Shown piece after piece: positions 18,516 through 29,000 of a stretch of DNA of 56,028 nt. The notes beneath the pieces were generated by a model. The model saw only the letters and a list, made by a program, of their open reading frames with translations. It did not search any database and was not told the origin of the DNA. Numbering within the stretch: position 1 is the first letter of the stretch; each line of letters starts with the position of its first letter. This stretch comes from Oligoflexales bacterium (lineage in GTDB: Bacteria; Bdellovibrionota_B; Oligoflexia; Oligoflexales; CAIYRB01): NCBI GenBank assembly GCA_041736175.1, contig JBGSUI010000019.1, positions 1 to 56,028 on the forward strand. The letters are read 5' to 3'. Made by a program: the position numbers and the translations under genes.

Positions 18516-20369
18516 GTGGAAGATGGGACCAAACCCAACATCTCCTATATCCTAGGTATCGGTCTAAAGCCTGTTCATTTGGAAACCCTCGAACGGATTC
18601 TGAAGTCCCTCGATCATTCGACATTTGAACTCCTCCAGCTTTCCCCCTTAGATACTGACCCCATCCTGGTCGAAGGGGTGGAGAAATCTGTCCTGATTTT
18701 TGTTTACTGGGAAGGCGTTAAAGGCGCCAGCTTGGCAGCCTTAAGACGCCTGCGTTCAAAGACTTCTGCGGGAGGGGGGCGCATCCACATGATCTACGAC
18801 TCGCCCGAACCATTCAAAGAAAATCCCAAAAAATCAGATCCCACCCCCAAAACTCCCCTGACGATCTTAGACCAAAGACAATCACGGGCATTAGGAATTG
18901 CTGGTTGGATAAAATTCCCCGACCAACATATCCAAATAGAACGCCTTATCTTTGAACACACACCACAGGCCCAAGACGACGGCGCCACTCAAGACAGTAT
19001 CGGAGCTGCCATCAATCCCCCATTCCAAGAAAGTGATTTACCCCTGATCCCCGACATTTCCCCACGGGATCCCTTACAGATGGTGGCTGCGGCCTTTAAA
19101 GATCCAGCCCTCCCTAGCCCCCTCAAGACGGCGCCCAAAGGCCCGCCGAGCGAAACCTCTGCCCACTTTAAACACCTTGTGGTTTTTCACCATGATGCCG
19201 ATCGCGCCCGTGAGATCGCAAATCTTATCGAGAAGGATACCGCCCATCGCGTGACTCCAATCAGTCACAGCAAGGAACTCCTCGCCTGTTTTAAGCGGGA
19301 TATGGATGGGCTGGTCTTTTGGTTTGATGGACTGATACCTGAAAACACCCTGCTTCTGAGGCTAATTTCTGAAAACCAAGAGCTTCCTTCTTTACCCATC
19401 GCCCTACTCATCCCGGACAAGGATACCTTGCCGCAGATCAAAAACCAGCTTTCCGACGTCTTTTTCGATATCATTGCCATCTACCAGCGGATGCGGATTG
19501 CCCTGAATGAATCCCTTAGGACCCTTGCCGTCTCCCAAAACCAGCCTGACACCCCCCGTGGAATCTTAGAACGCCTACGTCGTCCCATGCGGCCCTCGTC
19601 TCCTCCGGAATACCAACGGACAGCGACTCTCCAAGTCGCCGAAACCCTTTGCCAACGCCTTGCCTTAAAACCCGGAAAGTCCCTGTGGGCCACCATAGAA
19701 ATGGTCCCCTACTTACTAAGAGAAAACCTACTTTCCTCGGCAGTGGACAAAGTCAACTTAGTAAATCAAAATCTTCCCGCGTCCTATATCGCGAGTTTTC
19801 TTGCCTACCAAGTTAGCCTTGCGGCCACCGCACATCCCACAGCTAACCCCACGAATCCAGAGTCGAGTCCAGATACTAAACTAAAAATCATCTTGTCCCG
19901 CAACGACCTCAGCCCCAGCCAAAGACTACAGTTAGGCAATCTAGCCTATCGGTGTGGGCAAGCTAACCACCTTTTCCAAATCCTAAACTCCTGGCGTGAC
20001 CAGCCCCTATGGCGAGAAGAGCCTGAGTTCTATCTGGTGGGAGGGCTGTTATTGTCTCTCAAGAAACACCCACAAGCAGCTAGTTATTTCGGCAAAGCTG
20101 TCATCATGGATCCGAGACGGGTGGACTTTATAGCCGCCTATGGTGAATATCTCGCGAGCATCCAAGAGCATCGCTATGCAGCAAGTCTGCTTAAAACAGT
20201 GGTTATGTCGCCTGTATGTCCCTGGAAAGCTAAAATCACCCTTATCAAAACTCTTATAGAGGACCGGCAACTTAAAGATGCTCGGGCTCTCCTCGACCTA
20301 TTAACTCTCGAAGCTCCCGGCAACAAAGACCTCATCGCCCTCAGCCACGGGGTCCAAAGGGTGGCGTAA
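18516..20369 (+). CDS. Hypothetical protein with degenerate receiver-like domains and C-terminal TPR-like helices
   Basis: 617-aa ORF with a GAGG RBS. Two alpha/beta segments resembling REC folds without clear catalytic residues, and a TPR-like tail (AASYFGKAVIMDP). Confidence 0.6.
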   Translation: MEDGTKPNISYILGIGLKPVHLETLERILKSLDHSTFELLQLSPLDTDPILVEGVEKSVLIFVYWEGVKGASLAALRRLRSKTSAGGGRIHMIYDSPEPFKENPKKSDPTPKTPLTILDQRQSRALGIAGWIKFPDQHIQIERLIFEHTPQAQDDGATQDSIGAAINPPFQESDLPLIPDISPRDPLQMVAAAFKDPALPSPLKTAPKGPPSETSAHFKHLVVFHHDADRAREIANLIEKDTAHRVTPISHSKELLACFKRDMDGLVFWFDGLIPENTLLLRLISENQELPSLPIALLIPDKDTLPQIKNQLSDVFFDIIAIYQRMRIALNESLRTLAVSQNQPDTPRGILERLRRPMRPSSPPEYQRTATLQVAETLCQRLALKPGKSLWATIEMVPYLLRENLLSSAVDKVNLVNQNLPASYIASFLAYQVSLAATAHPTANPTNPESSPDTKLKIILSRNDLSPSQRLQLGNLAYRCGQANHLFQILNSWRDQPLWREEPEFYLVGGLLLSLKKHPQAASYFGKAVIMDPRRVDFIAAYGEYLASIQEHRYAASLLKTVVMSPVCPWKAKITLIKTLIEDRQLKDARALLDLLTLEAPGNKDLIALSHGVQRVA

Positions 20370-20426
20370 GAACACTTAGTTCTTTGGGCAATATTGTCTT
20401 CATTACTGGTGTCGAGGGACGTTAGA

Positions 20427-21965
20427 TCAGACAACACCTTTACACCACACCCCGCTCGCCCTTGGATTTAGGTTTAAGGACAACCGGGTCCCCTCGATCT
20501 TCAGGGGATTCTGACCCCCAAGACCGTCCTGCCATAGCTCAAACGGGGCGATACCAGATCTCTGGAGGTCGGTTACTTCAAGAGTATGTGAGACGGACTC
20601 CCTTGTGGTATTAATCCCCACGATCACTTCACTCCCAGGACAAAAACGCCGATAGACCAGGACATCTTGGTCTGCAAAAAGAGTCTGAAAGACTCCCTCC
20701 TGAAGGGCCACCTCCTGGTGCCTTAGCTTTGTGAGCCGTTGGCAATGGCCCATGATGGATTGATTCCAAAGATTTGGGTCCCATTCAAAACCCCGCCGAC
20801 AGTCTGGGTCGTGGCCTCCGGCCATACCAACCTCTTCTCCATAATAGATGCAGGGCGCTCCCGGCAGAGTCATCAACCCTGTCATGACCATGCGGATTCC
20901 ATCCACATCCCCCGAAGCAATCGATAACAGCCTTGGGGTGTCGTGACTCGTCAGAAAATTAAGCTGATGGTAAACAGCATGTTCAGGATAACGACTAAAA
21001 AGCTCTGAGAGCCCCTGGGCGCATTCGACGCCGGTGACCATCCGAGTTGACTTGAGTCCCGACCGATTCATTTCGTAGAAATTGAGGGTTTCTTTAAGAC
21101 AGAAACCCAACAGCAACTGGCCTAGGGGATAATTGGTGACTCCATCAAACTGATCCCCTGCTAGCCACCGTCGAGCGTCGTCCCAAATCTCGCCCACGAT
21201 ATAGGCATGGGGGTTGATGGTCTTAACCCGGAGGCGAAACTCTCGCCAAAAACTATCGTCATCGATTTCGTTGGCCACATCAAGGCGCCAGCCATCGATC
21301 CCTTGTTCGATCCAGTAGGCGGCCACCTTCCACAAAAACTCTCGAACCTGGGGAATCTGGGTGTTGAATTTAGGCAGTGCTGGGATATCCCACCAGGCCC
21401 GGTAGCCGTAGAGATCCAAACTAGACTCGCTTTGTGGCCGTGCATAACGATGGGGCTCTGGACAGTAGGCACTGAGGGGCCTGCCCGACTCAAGCCATTC
21501 ATTGTTAAAATAAAACCAGTCTTTATAGGGTGAGGCTCGACCATTTTCCAAGGTGTGATTAAACTGATAAAATCCGCGGCTAGCATGGTTAAAAACCCCA
21601 TCAAGAAGAACGCGGATTTTCCGCCGACGGCACTCAGCCATAAAATCCGCAAAAGCTGCTTGACCCCCTAAAATCGGGTCGATCTCAAAATAATCATAGG
21701 TGTGATAACGGTGGTTTGCCGTAGACGCAAAAACCGGATTGAGATAGATCCCGTTAAACCCCATGCCTTGGATGTAGTCCAATCTTTCTATCACTCCGTA
21801 GAAGTCACCCCCTTTAAACCCATGGAGCGTCGGTGGTGCATCCCAAGTTTCGAGATGGTTGGTCACAGGAGCTCTTTGGCTTTTTGCAAAGCGGTCGGGA
21901 AAGATTTGATAAAAAACCGTGGATTTAACCCATTTAATGGGATCTTGTTCCAAATCAGCAACCAT
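20427..21965 (-). CDS. GH13 neopullulanase/cyclomaltodextrinase-type glycoside hydrolase
   Basis: FYQIFPDRF, LDGVFNH, DGWRLDVA (nucleophile), GEIW, SHD and IYYGEEVGM.GG.DPDCRR. Confidence 0.93.
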   Translation of the reverse strand: MVADLEQDPIKWVKSTVFYQIFPDRFAKSQRAPVTNHLETWDAPPTLHGFKGGDFYGVIERLDYIQGMGFNGIYLNPVFASTANHRYHTYDYFEIDPILGGQAAFADFMAECRRRKIRVLLDGVFNHASRGFYQFNHTLENGRASPYKDWFYFNNEWLESGRPLSAYCPEPHRYARPQSESSLDLYGYRAWWDIPALPKFNTQIPQVREFLWKVAAYWIEQGIDGWRLDVANEIDDDSFWREFRLRVKTINPHAYIVGEIWDDARRWLAGDQFDGVTNYPLGQLLLGFCLKETLNFYEMNRSGLKSTRMVTGVECAQGLSELFSRYPEHAVYHQLNFLTSHDTPRLLSIASGDVDGIRMVMTGLMTLPGAPCIYYGEEVGMAGGHDPDCRRGFEWDPNLWNQSIMGHCQRLTKLRHQEVALQEGVFQTLFADQDVLVYRRFCPGSEVIVGINTTRESVSHTLEVTDLQRSGIAPFELWQDGLGGQNPLKIEGTRLSLNLNPRASGVWCKGVV

Positions 21966-22136
21966 AGATAACCTCCCTATTGAGCACTGATCCTAAATTT
22001 TAAACGAAAGAGTCATGCATGCTCACTGATTTGAGGGATGCGGCACGTTGAGTTGTGATATATTTTACAGCACTGATTCCCGTTACGGTAAAGTTTATCC
22101 ATTGTCTGCCAAGAATAACCTGCCAAAGGACGTTTT

Positions 22137-23414
22137 ATGCGTGTTTTGATGTTAGGCTGGGAGTTTCCTCCTCATATTACTGGGGGGTTGGGGACCGCTT
22201 GCCATGGACTCTCGACGGCCTTATCCCATCTGGTCCATGAAATAACCTTTGTTCTCCCCCGCCTCCACGGCGACTCTTCAGGGGGACGAGTCACGCTGAT
22301 AGGAGCCGCCGATATCCGCGACTCCGTGGAAAGCTCGGAACACTGGCTATCTTCCAATACCGAAACCTTTTCGATCCAATCGAGCCTAAGGCCCTACCTC
22401 ACGGCATGGGAATACGACGAGCAGATCCGCTGGATTGCCCAAGAGCGGGCAAGACACCACCTGGAACCCAGCATTTTCGGTTTTAGTGGAGACTATGGCA
22501 AATCCCTTTTCGAAGAAGTCCTGCGGTACGGCGATATTGCCGGCCGCGTCGTCCTAAAAAAGAGCTTTAATATCATCCATGCCCACGACTGGATGACCTT
22601 TTTAGCCGGAGTCAAGGCTAAACAACTGAGTGGTTTGCCTCTGATTGTGCATGTTCATGCTTTAGAGTTTGACCGTAGTGGCAACCAAATCGACCAAAGA
22701 ATCTTTGATATCGAAAAATATGGGATGAATTTTGCCGACCGTATCATCGCTGTCAGCCAAAGAACCAAAGATCTTATCGTTCAGAAATACGGGATTCCTG
22801 CCCATAAGATCCATGTGGTCTACAACGGGACCTTTAACGACCAAGCATCCATAGCAGCAGCTCCCAAAAGGCGCCGCCCCCTCCCGGGAAAGACCGTGGT
22901 CTTTTTAGGTCGCATTACCATGCAAAAAGGACCTGAATATTTCCTAGAGGCAGCCTATATGGTCGCCAAAAAAATCAACGACGTGCGTTTTGTGATGGCC
23001 GGCAGCGGTGATCTACTCCCTAAGATGATCACAAGGATGGCCGAGTTAAAGCTCCTGGACCGGTTCCACTTTACAGGATTTGTCTCCGAAAAGCAGCGAG
23101 CCCTCTTGCTTTCAGAAACAGACCTTTTTGTGATGCCCTCTGTTTCGGAGCCCTTTGGCATCACCCCGATCGAAGCGATTCAATACGGGGTCCCGGTCAT
23201 TGTCACCAAACAGTCCGGTGTATCGGAAATCCTCCGCCACGCCATAAAAGTCGACTTTTGGGACGTTCGAAAAATAGCCGACTCGATGATTAATATCCTG
23301 ACTAGCCCCGAACTCGCAAAACAATTGGTCGAAGGTTCCAAACTCGACCTCTCGACCATCAGCTGGTTTAGGGCTGCCGATCAAGTCCACCGTGTTTACC
23401 AGGAGGTCCTCTAA
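22137..23414 (+). CDS. GT4 glycosyltransferase (glycogen-synthase-like)
   Basis: MLGWEFPP..TGGLG, HAHDW, HALEFDR, GRITMQKG and PSVSEPFGITPIEA. Confidence 0.92.
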   Translation: MRVLMLGWEFPPHITGGLGTACHGLSTALSHLVHEITFVLPRLHGDSSGGRVTLIGAADIRDSVESSEHWLSSNTETFSIQSSLRPYLTAWEYDEQIRWIAQERARHHLEPSIFGFSGDYGKSLFEEVLRYGDIAGRVVLKKSFNIIHAHDWMTFLAGVKAKQLSGLPLIVHVHALEFDRSGNQIDQRIFDIEKYGMNFADRIIAVSQRTKDLIVQKYGIPAHKIHVVYNGTFNDQASIAAAPKRRRPLPGKTVVFLGRITMQKGPEYFLEAAYMVAKKINDVRFVMAGSGDLLPKMITRMAELKLLDRFHFTGFVSEKQRALLLSETDLFVMPSVSEPFGITPIEAIQYGVPVIVTKQSGVSEILRHAIKVDFWDVRKIADSMINILTSPELAKQLVEGSKLDLSTISWFRAADQVHRVYQEVL

Positions 23415-23415
23415 A

Positions 23416-24723
23416 ATGGCCAGTCTATGCCTTTACTTTCAAGTCCATCAACCCATTCGCTTAAGACCTGATTTTGATTATTTTGCCATCGGTAACCATC
23501 AGGACTATGAAGACCACGATCGCAACAAAGAGATCCTGACGAGGGTTGCCCAAAACTGTTACCTTAAAACCAATCAGATTCTTTTAGATCTTATCAACAC
23601 ACATAAGGGTGCTTTTCGCGTCGCCTTTTCTCTTTCTGGCATCGTTATGGATCAGCTAGCCCAGTGGGCCCCTGAGGTGCTAGTTACTTTTGCTAAGCTC
23701 AGGGATACAGGAGCGGTAGAGTTTCTTTCGGAAACCTACTACCACTCTCTTGCAAGTCTCGCCTCGGAAAAAGAGTGGAAGCGGCAGGTTCGTCTGCACC
23801 GGGAAACCATGATGAAATACTTTGGGGTCGAGCCGCGGGTGGTTCGAAATACAGAGCTTATCTATAAAAACGACCTAGCCCTTGTCGCTGAATCCATGGG
23901 CTTTCGCGGCATCATCGCCGAAGGCGTCGAAAGCGTCTTAGGCTGGCGCAGTCCGCATTTTGTCTATCAGCCAGAGGGCGCGTCCCTGATCAAACTGCTC
24001 CTTAAAGACTACCACCTCTCGGACGATATCGCTTTTCGGTTTTCTGACCGCCAATGGAAGGAATGGCCCTTAGACGCCAGCAAATATGCTATGTGGCTTA
24101 AGACCGCAGGTGAAGTAGGGGATACCATCAATCTTTTTCTTGATTATGAAACTTTTGGCGAACACCATAAGGAATCGACGGGTATCTTTGAATTTCTCCG
24201 TCATCTTCCAGGCGAGGTGTTTAAACAAACTTCGCTGACTTTTATGACACCCAGCGAAGTCATAAAAAACTACCAGTCGGTGGCGCCCCTGAACTTTGCC
24301 CATAACACCAGTTGGGCAGACCGCGAAAAAGACATTTCCGCATGGCTCGGAAACCATCTCCAAAACGCTAGCTTTGCCGCAGTCTATGCTATGGAAAAAG
24401 ATGTTTTGGCCTCAAAAAACCAGGATTTGATCCATGCTTGGGGCAAACTTCAGACTTCAGATTATTTTTACTATATGTGCACCAAACCCTACACCGATGG
24501 GGAGGTCCATAGCTATTTTAACCCCCATGCATCGCCTTATGATGCCTTTATCGTCTTTGCAAACGTCCTTAATGAATTTAAACTTAAGCTAAAAAATGTG
24601 GCAAAAACGCGGAAAATAACACGCAAACCCCTTGCTGCCTCCTCGGGGCCCAGCGAGTCGGATCAGGTCCCTGCCGCCGCATCGGAGGCTGGGATTAGTA
24701 ACTTAGAAACCCTTAATACCTAA
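23416..24723 (+). CDS. GH57 alpha-amylase-like glycoside hydrolase
   Basis: YFQVHQP, ETYYHSL, RNTEL, LSDDIAFRF, DYETFGEH, SWAD and LQTSD. AGGAGG RBS before the ATG at 23416. Confidence 0.93.
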   Translation: MASLCLYFQVHQPIRLRPDFDYFAIGNHQDYEDHDRNKEILTRVAQNCYLKTNQILLDLINTHKGAFRVAFSLSGIVMDQLAQWAPEVLVTFAKLRDTGAVEFLSETYYHSLASLASEKEWKRQVRLHRETMMKYFGVEPRVVRNTELIYKNDLALVAESMGFRGIIAEGVESVLGWRSPHFVYQPEGASLIKLLLKDYHLSDDIAFRFSDRQWKEWPLDASKYAMWLKTAGEVGDTINLFLDYETFGEHHKESTGIFEFLRHLPGEVFKQTSLTFMTPSEVIKNYQSVAPLNFAHNTSWADREKDISAWLGNHLQNASFAAVYAMEKDVLASKNQDLIHAWGKLQTSDYFYYMCTKPYTDGEVHSYFNPHASPYDAFIVFANVLNEFKLKLKNVAKTRKITRKPLAASSGPSESDQVPAAASEAGISNLETLNT

Positions 24724-24767
24724 GACCTGTCACCAGCGATTTTCCATAAGATAGGTTGTCCTCCAGA

Positions 24768-25751
24768 TCAAACATACGACAACCATTCTTCCCACTCATC
24801 CGAGGTACCGCGGATCGCACCTTCAAAAACCTTTAAAATCTCCTTTGTGATAGGCCCAACCACGCCACCACGGATCAGGCGACCATCCACCTCACCAATC
24901 GGCGTGATTTCCGCGGCTGTACCGGTAAAAAACACCTCATCTGCATCGTAAAGCTGGTTTCGGGAAATCAAAGCTTCGCTGACGGAATAGCCGAGTTTGC
25001 TGGCGATCTCAATCACACTCTCCCGGGTGATGCCCTGCAAAACGTTGCAGGCAAAGGGAGTTAGGATTTTTTTGTTTGCCACGACAAAGATGTTTTCTCC
25101 GCTGCCTTCTGCCACAAACCCCTGCTGGTCGAGTAAAATAGCCTCATCGACCTGGGCTAGGGTCGCCTCCCTGCGGGCCATAATGGAATTGAGATAGTTA
25201 CCACTTAGTTTAGCCCACGGCAGCGAGCTGCCCACCTCAGGTCGTCTAAAACTGGCGATTTTTACTCGAATCCCTTTGTTTGCACTCCCGTCTCCAAGGT
25301 ATTTGCCCCACGGCCACACCGCGATGGCAAGTTTCATCGACGAAGCAAGCGGCAACTTAAGCCCCTTCACCTCCGGTCCAAAATAGGCGATCGGTCGGAT
25401 ATAACACTCGTCGAGATGGTTGGCTTTGATAACGTCGCCAATCGCCGCGATCACCTGGTCCACGGAGTAGGGTACCGATCCACCCAAAATCGCCATCGAC
25501 CGAAAGAGCCTTTCCACGTGGTCTCGGGCTCTAAAAATGGCTGGTTTACCACTACTGGTTTTATAGGCGCGGATCCCTTCGAAAGCTGCCGAGCCGTAGT
25601 GGAGACTATGGGATAGCACATGAATTTGGGACTGCCCATAGGGAGTCAACACCCCATCCATCCAAATCGTAGACTCCGCCATCTGAAACGCCGTTGCCGG
25701 TGATTGGTTGTCAGGTCTCGAAGGGGATCCCTGATTGTTAAATGGCACCAT
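24768..25751 (-). CDS. ilvE: Branched-chain amino acid aminotransferase (class IV)
   Basis: LHYG..FEGIRAY, YIRP, AK.SGNY, EGSGENIF, LQGITR and EVFFTGTAAE. Confidence 0.95.
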   Translation of the reverse strand: MVPFNNQGSPSRPDNQSPATAFQMAESTIWMDGVLTPYGQSQIHVLSHSLHYGSAAFEGIRAYKTSSGKPAIFRARDHVERLFRSMAILGGSVPYSVDQVIAAIGDVIKANHLDECYIRPIAYFGPEVKGLKLPLASSMKLAIAVWPWGKYLGDGSANKGIRVKIASFRRPEVGSSLPWAKLSGNYLNSIMARREATLAQVDEAILLDQQGFVAEGSGENIFVVANKKILTPFACNVLQGITRESVIEIASKLGYSVSEALISRNQLYDADEVFFTGTAAEITPIGEVDGRLIRGGVVGPITKEILKVFEGAIRGTSDEWEEWLSYV

Positions 25752-25984
25752 AAAAGACTCCCAAAAAGCTAGGATGGATCGGGCTTTCTCTGAGGTCGCT
25801 CCCCCAGAGGCCGCGCCAATCTAACTTTTTTGGGGGCATTTGCCAACCGACTCGTCGCCTGGCAATGGTCCCGCACCCTCTAAATCATTTGAGACCCGTA
25901 TTCTTTAAATTGGTTTTCCACCTTTGAGAATTTCAGAAATCGCTCTCTTTAACCACTCAATATTAATAGATTATATGACTTGGC

Positions 25985-26011
25985 TAAGGATTTTAAACAC
26001 CCTACCGAAAG
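25985..26011 (+). promoter_or_regulatory. Candidate sigma28/FliA-like promoter
   Basis: TAAG-N15-ACCGAAAG about 50 bp upstream of the giant lipoprotein start. Confidence 0.3.
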
Positions 26012-26061
26012 CCTTTATAAGAACATGACTGTTGTTCTCAACAACTGAGGAAAGGTGATTT

Positions 26062-29000
26062 ATGGGCCCTATACAAAAAATCATTTCACGAGCAACTTTT
26101 TGGTGCATCCTCTCGTCCGTAACAGGCACGCTCAGCAGTTGTCTTAAGAGCCCTTTTGGCAGCTCTAATGGTGACTTAACATATCGAAACTTCAATAGAA
26201 ATCTAACACAGATTCCCAAAGACAAGACGACGACCGCGTCTACCGGCGGCACTGCGGGAAGCCTTGCGATCTCCCTAGGCGAACAGATGATCGGCCGCCT
26301 TGAGTCTGATCTGAGGGCCGGCGGGCTGACCTCCAACCAAATCGCGGCGGTGACCAAAGAAGCGAGAGGCGAGATGCAGGCGGAGGCTGGAAAAATTGTG
26401 ATCAGTGCCCTCCATGGATTGTGGTTAGGATCATCTCAGGACCAAACCACAGGTTTAAACCTTGCAGACTCCAGCGCCGAACTCATGGGCAAACTGGGCG
26501 CCGCCGTGGCCCGAGGAGCACTCAAGTCCTTCGCCAGCGATGAGCTTAAAAACCTCCCCGCAGAAATCAAACAAAATACTGTCGGTATTATGTCTACTTC
26601 AGTCATCACCGCCATCAGTGGGGCTCCAGAAAAGCTCTCGGACGCGGGGATCACCTCTGTGGCTAACACGGTGATTGGTTCCCTGATCCAAAGCCTTCCA
26701 TCAGCGGGTTTTTCCGGCGACCAATTGATGCTGAGCATGTCTAAAGTGATGCAGAGTGCTGTCGGCTCCCTTGACGAAGCAGGACTGTCACCGGAGGCGA
26801 CTTCTGGGACAGTCGTCCAGATGACCCAAGTCACCCTCGACAAGGCCAGTGAGATCACCAAGGACACGGCCTATGCAGGATCGACGATCGGCGCGGTCGC
26901 TGCTGCGGCTATCAACGGTCTGGCTGCCACCAAAGCCAGCGGCGCTCAGTCCATGACGGCCATCGAAGCGGTGACGACGGCTTCGGTCAAAGCCGCTGTC
27001 AATATGGATAACTCTAAAACTGACATTGCCAAGTCTATCGAAAACCTTACAAATCTCACCACCAAGGCGATGGCCAACGTCACTGCTTCGGGAGATACTG
27101 TCAGTGGATTGGAACGGTTGATGGGTGCCGCTACCCAGGCTGTAGCGGACGCAAGTGCGACTAAAAATCGGGACCTTTATTCGAAGATGACGGCCAGTAT
27201 CGTCGCTGGATCCGTGTCGGCTGTAGACTCTGTGGCCCTAAAATCAGGCCAAGGGACTGCAAGCCTGGTGCAGACAATGGTCGTGACAACCGCCACTCGA
27301 GCCCTCCAAGGAGCGTCCAGCTCCGAGGCTGTCTCGATGCTATCGGAAGTCACCGGATCGGCTGTCAAGGCGTTCGCAAATTCCAGTTTAGCAAACGACC
27401 AACAAGCGCGCTCCGATGCCGTTGGCTCTGCGGTGAACGGAACTGTGACGGCCCTTTCCAAAATGACGGGCCAAGACTCCAGCACGACCTCATCGGCGAT
27501 TCAAGGGATCTCCCGTGCAGGGACCGAGGCAGTGACGCAGATCTCTGGCGGAACGTCTGAAACCTCCACCCTCACTAAACAAATCATGTCGACTGGTATC
27601 GCCACCCTAGGCAGTACCATGTCGGGAACAGACACCACCAAATTGATCAGTCTGGCTGGCGATATGGCCAAAGGCGCCGCCACGGGGATGGCTTCGGCAA
27701 AATCAGACAAACTCGCAACCCAGATGTCAGACCTGGCTAACAGCGCCATCGCAGGCGTCAATCAAGCCATGGCACGGATGGGTGGTACCACCAGCAACAC
27801 CACGGTGCTCTCAAACTTTGCGACCACCGTAGCAGGCTCGATCACGACAGGACTGGCGATCGGTGGCCAAAGCTCTCGCGATATTTCATCGATTACCACG
27901 AGCTTAGCCACTTCCATCGTCTCTTCTGTCGTATCTCTTGCTCCCCAGACCGATACATCAACCCTTAACCAACAAGTGGTAAGCCAGGCCGAGACAGGTG
28001 CTGAGTTAGCGACCAACATGGGCAGCGGCTCCATGGCAAAATGTCGTGATAAATTTAAAGACGATCTGAGTGACGCCGACTTTATAGCAGCCCTCGGTGG
28101 CAAGTCTGCTGGGGTCTACTGCCAAACGGTTCCAGAATTACCTTTTTGTCCGCGCCCCCGTCGCCTGGTGACAGGAGATTATTTTTGGTCCATGTCACCG
28201 CCATACCTCTGTGAGTTTAAACCGGTTCCCGTCGCTAGCAATTCTGCGACTCTTGCCACGACGCCTGCGGCAGGTACCACATCGGCGACCACAACCCAAG
28301 CCCAAGTGCCTATAGCCCCCCCCATCCCAGGGATGGTGCCCCCTCCAAATCTCGGCGCAACCTCTGTCTGGGCAGCTTTCGTGTCCGACCGGTCTGTTGA
28401 TCTAGAATGGAGCGATATCTCTAGCACTCTACCATCGCTGGCTTCATATGCTGTCTACCGAATGCCTGGGGCACTTCCGACCAGCGCCGCCGAAGTCACC
28501 AATCAGGGTTTCCTCTTAACTGGAAATATCCCTGGAAACCAACCCAAGACGACGATCAAACCGTTACCACCTGACCAACTAAATCCAAATACAACCTATG
28601 TTTTTTCCATAGTCGGCCGGGATTCTGCAAACCAAACCTTTCTGGTTGGATCCATCCAAGTCACCACCGGACCTAAGCTCCTGCTCACCAATCCCGACGT
28701 TGGTGCTGTTATGAAAAACCCAGGGGTCCAGGGGTTTTTCGACCCCCATACCAAACGCCACTGGGCGATGATCCCGTCGAGCGGGGGACTCCTCTTTAAG
28801 CACTCTCCCGACAATATGCTCTGGAGCGATGGTCCGTTTCTCTCGGGCACCTATAACGATGTGAGACTCGACTCTATGGCCTTTGGAAACCATACCGTGA
28901 TTTTTCTTGTGGCCCAAACGAGCGGCGAGGACATTGTGATGCGTACCGGCACAGTTGGTCCATCCTCGATCCAGTTTACCCCTGAGACCTATGTCTTTAC

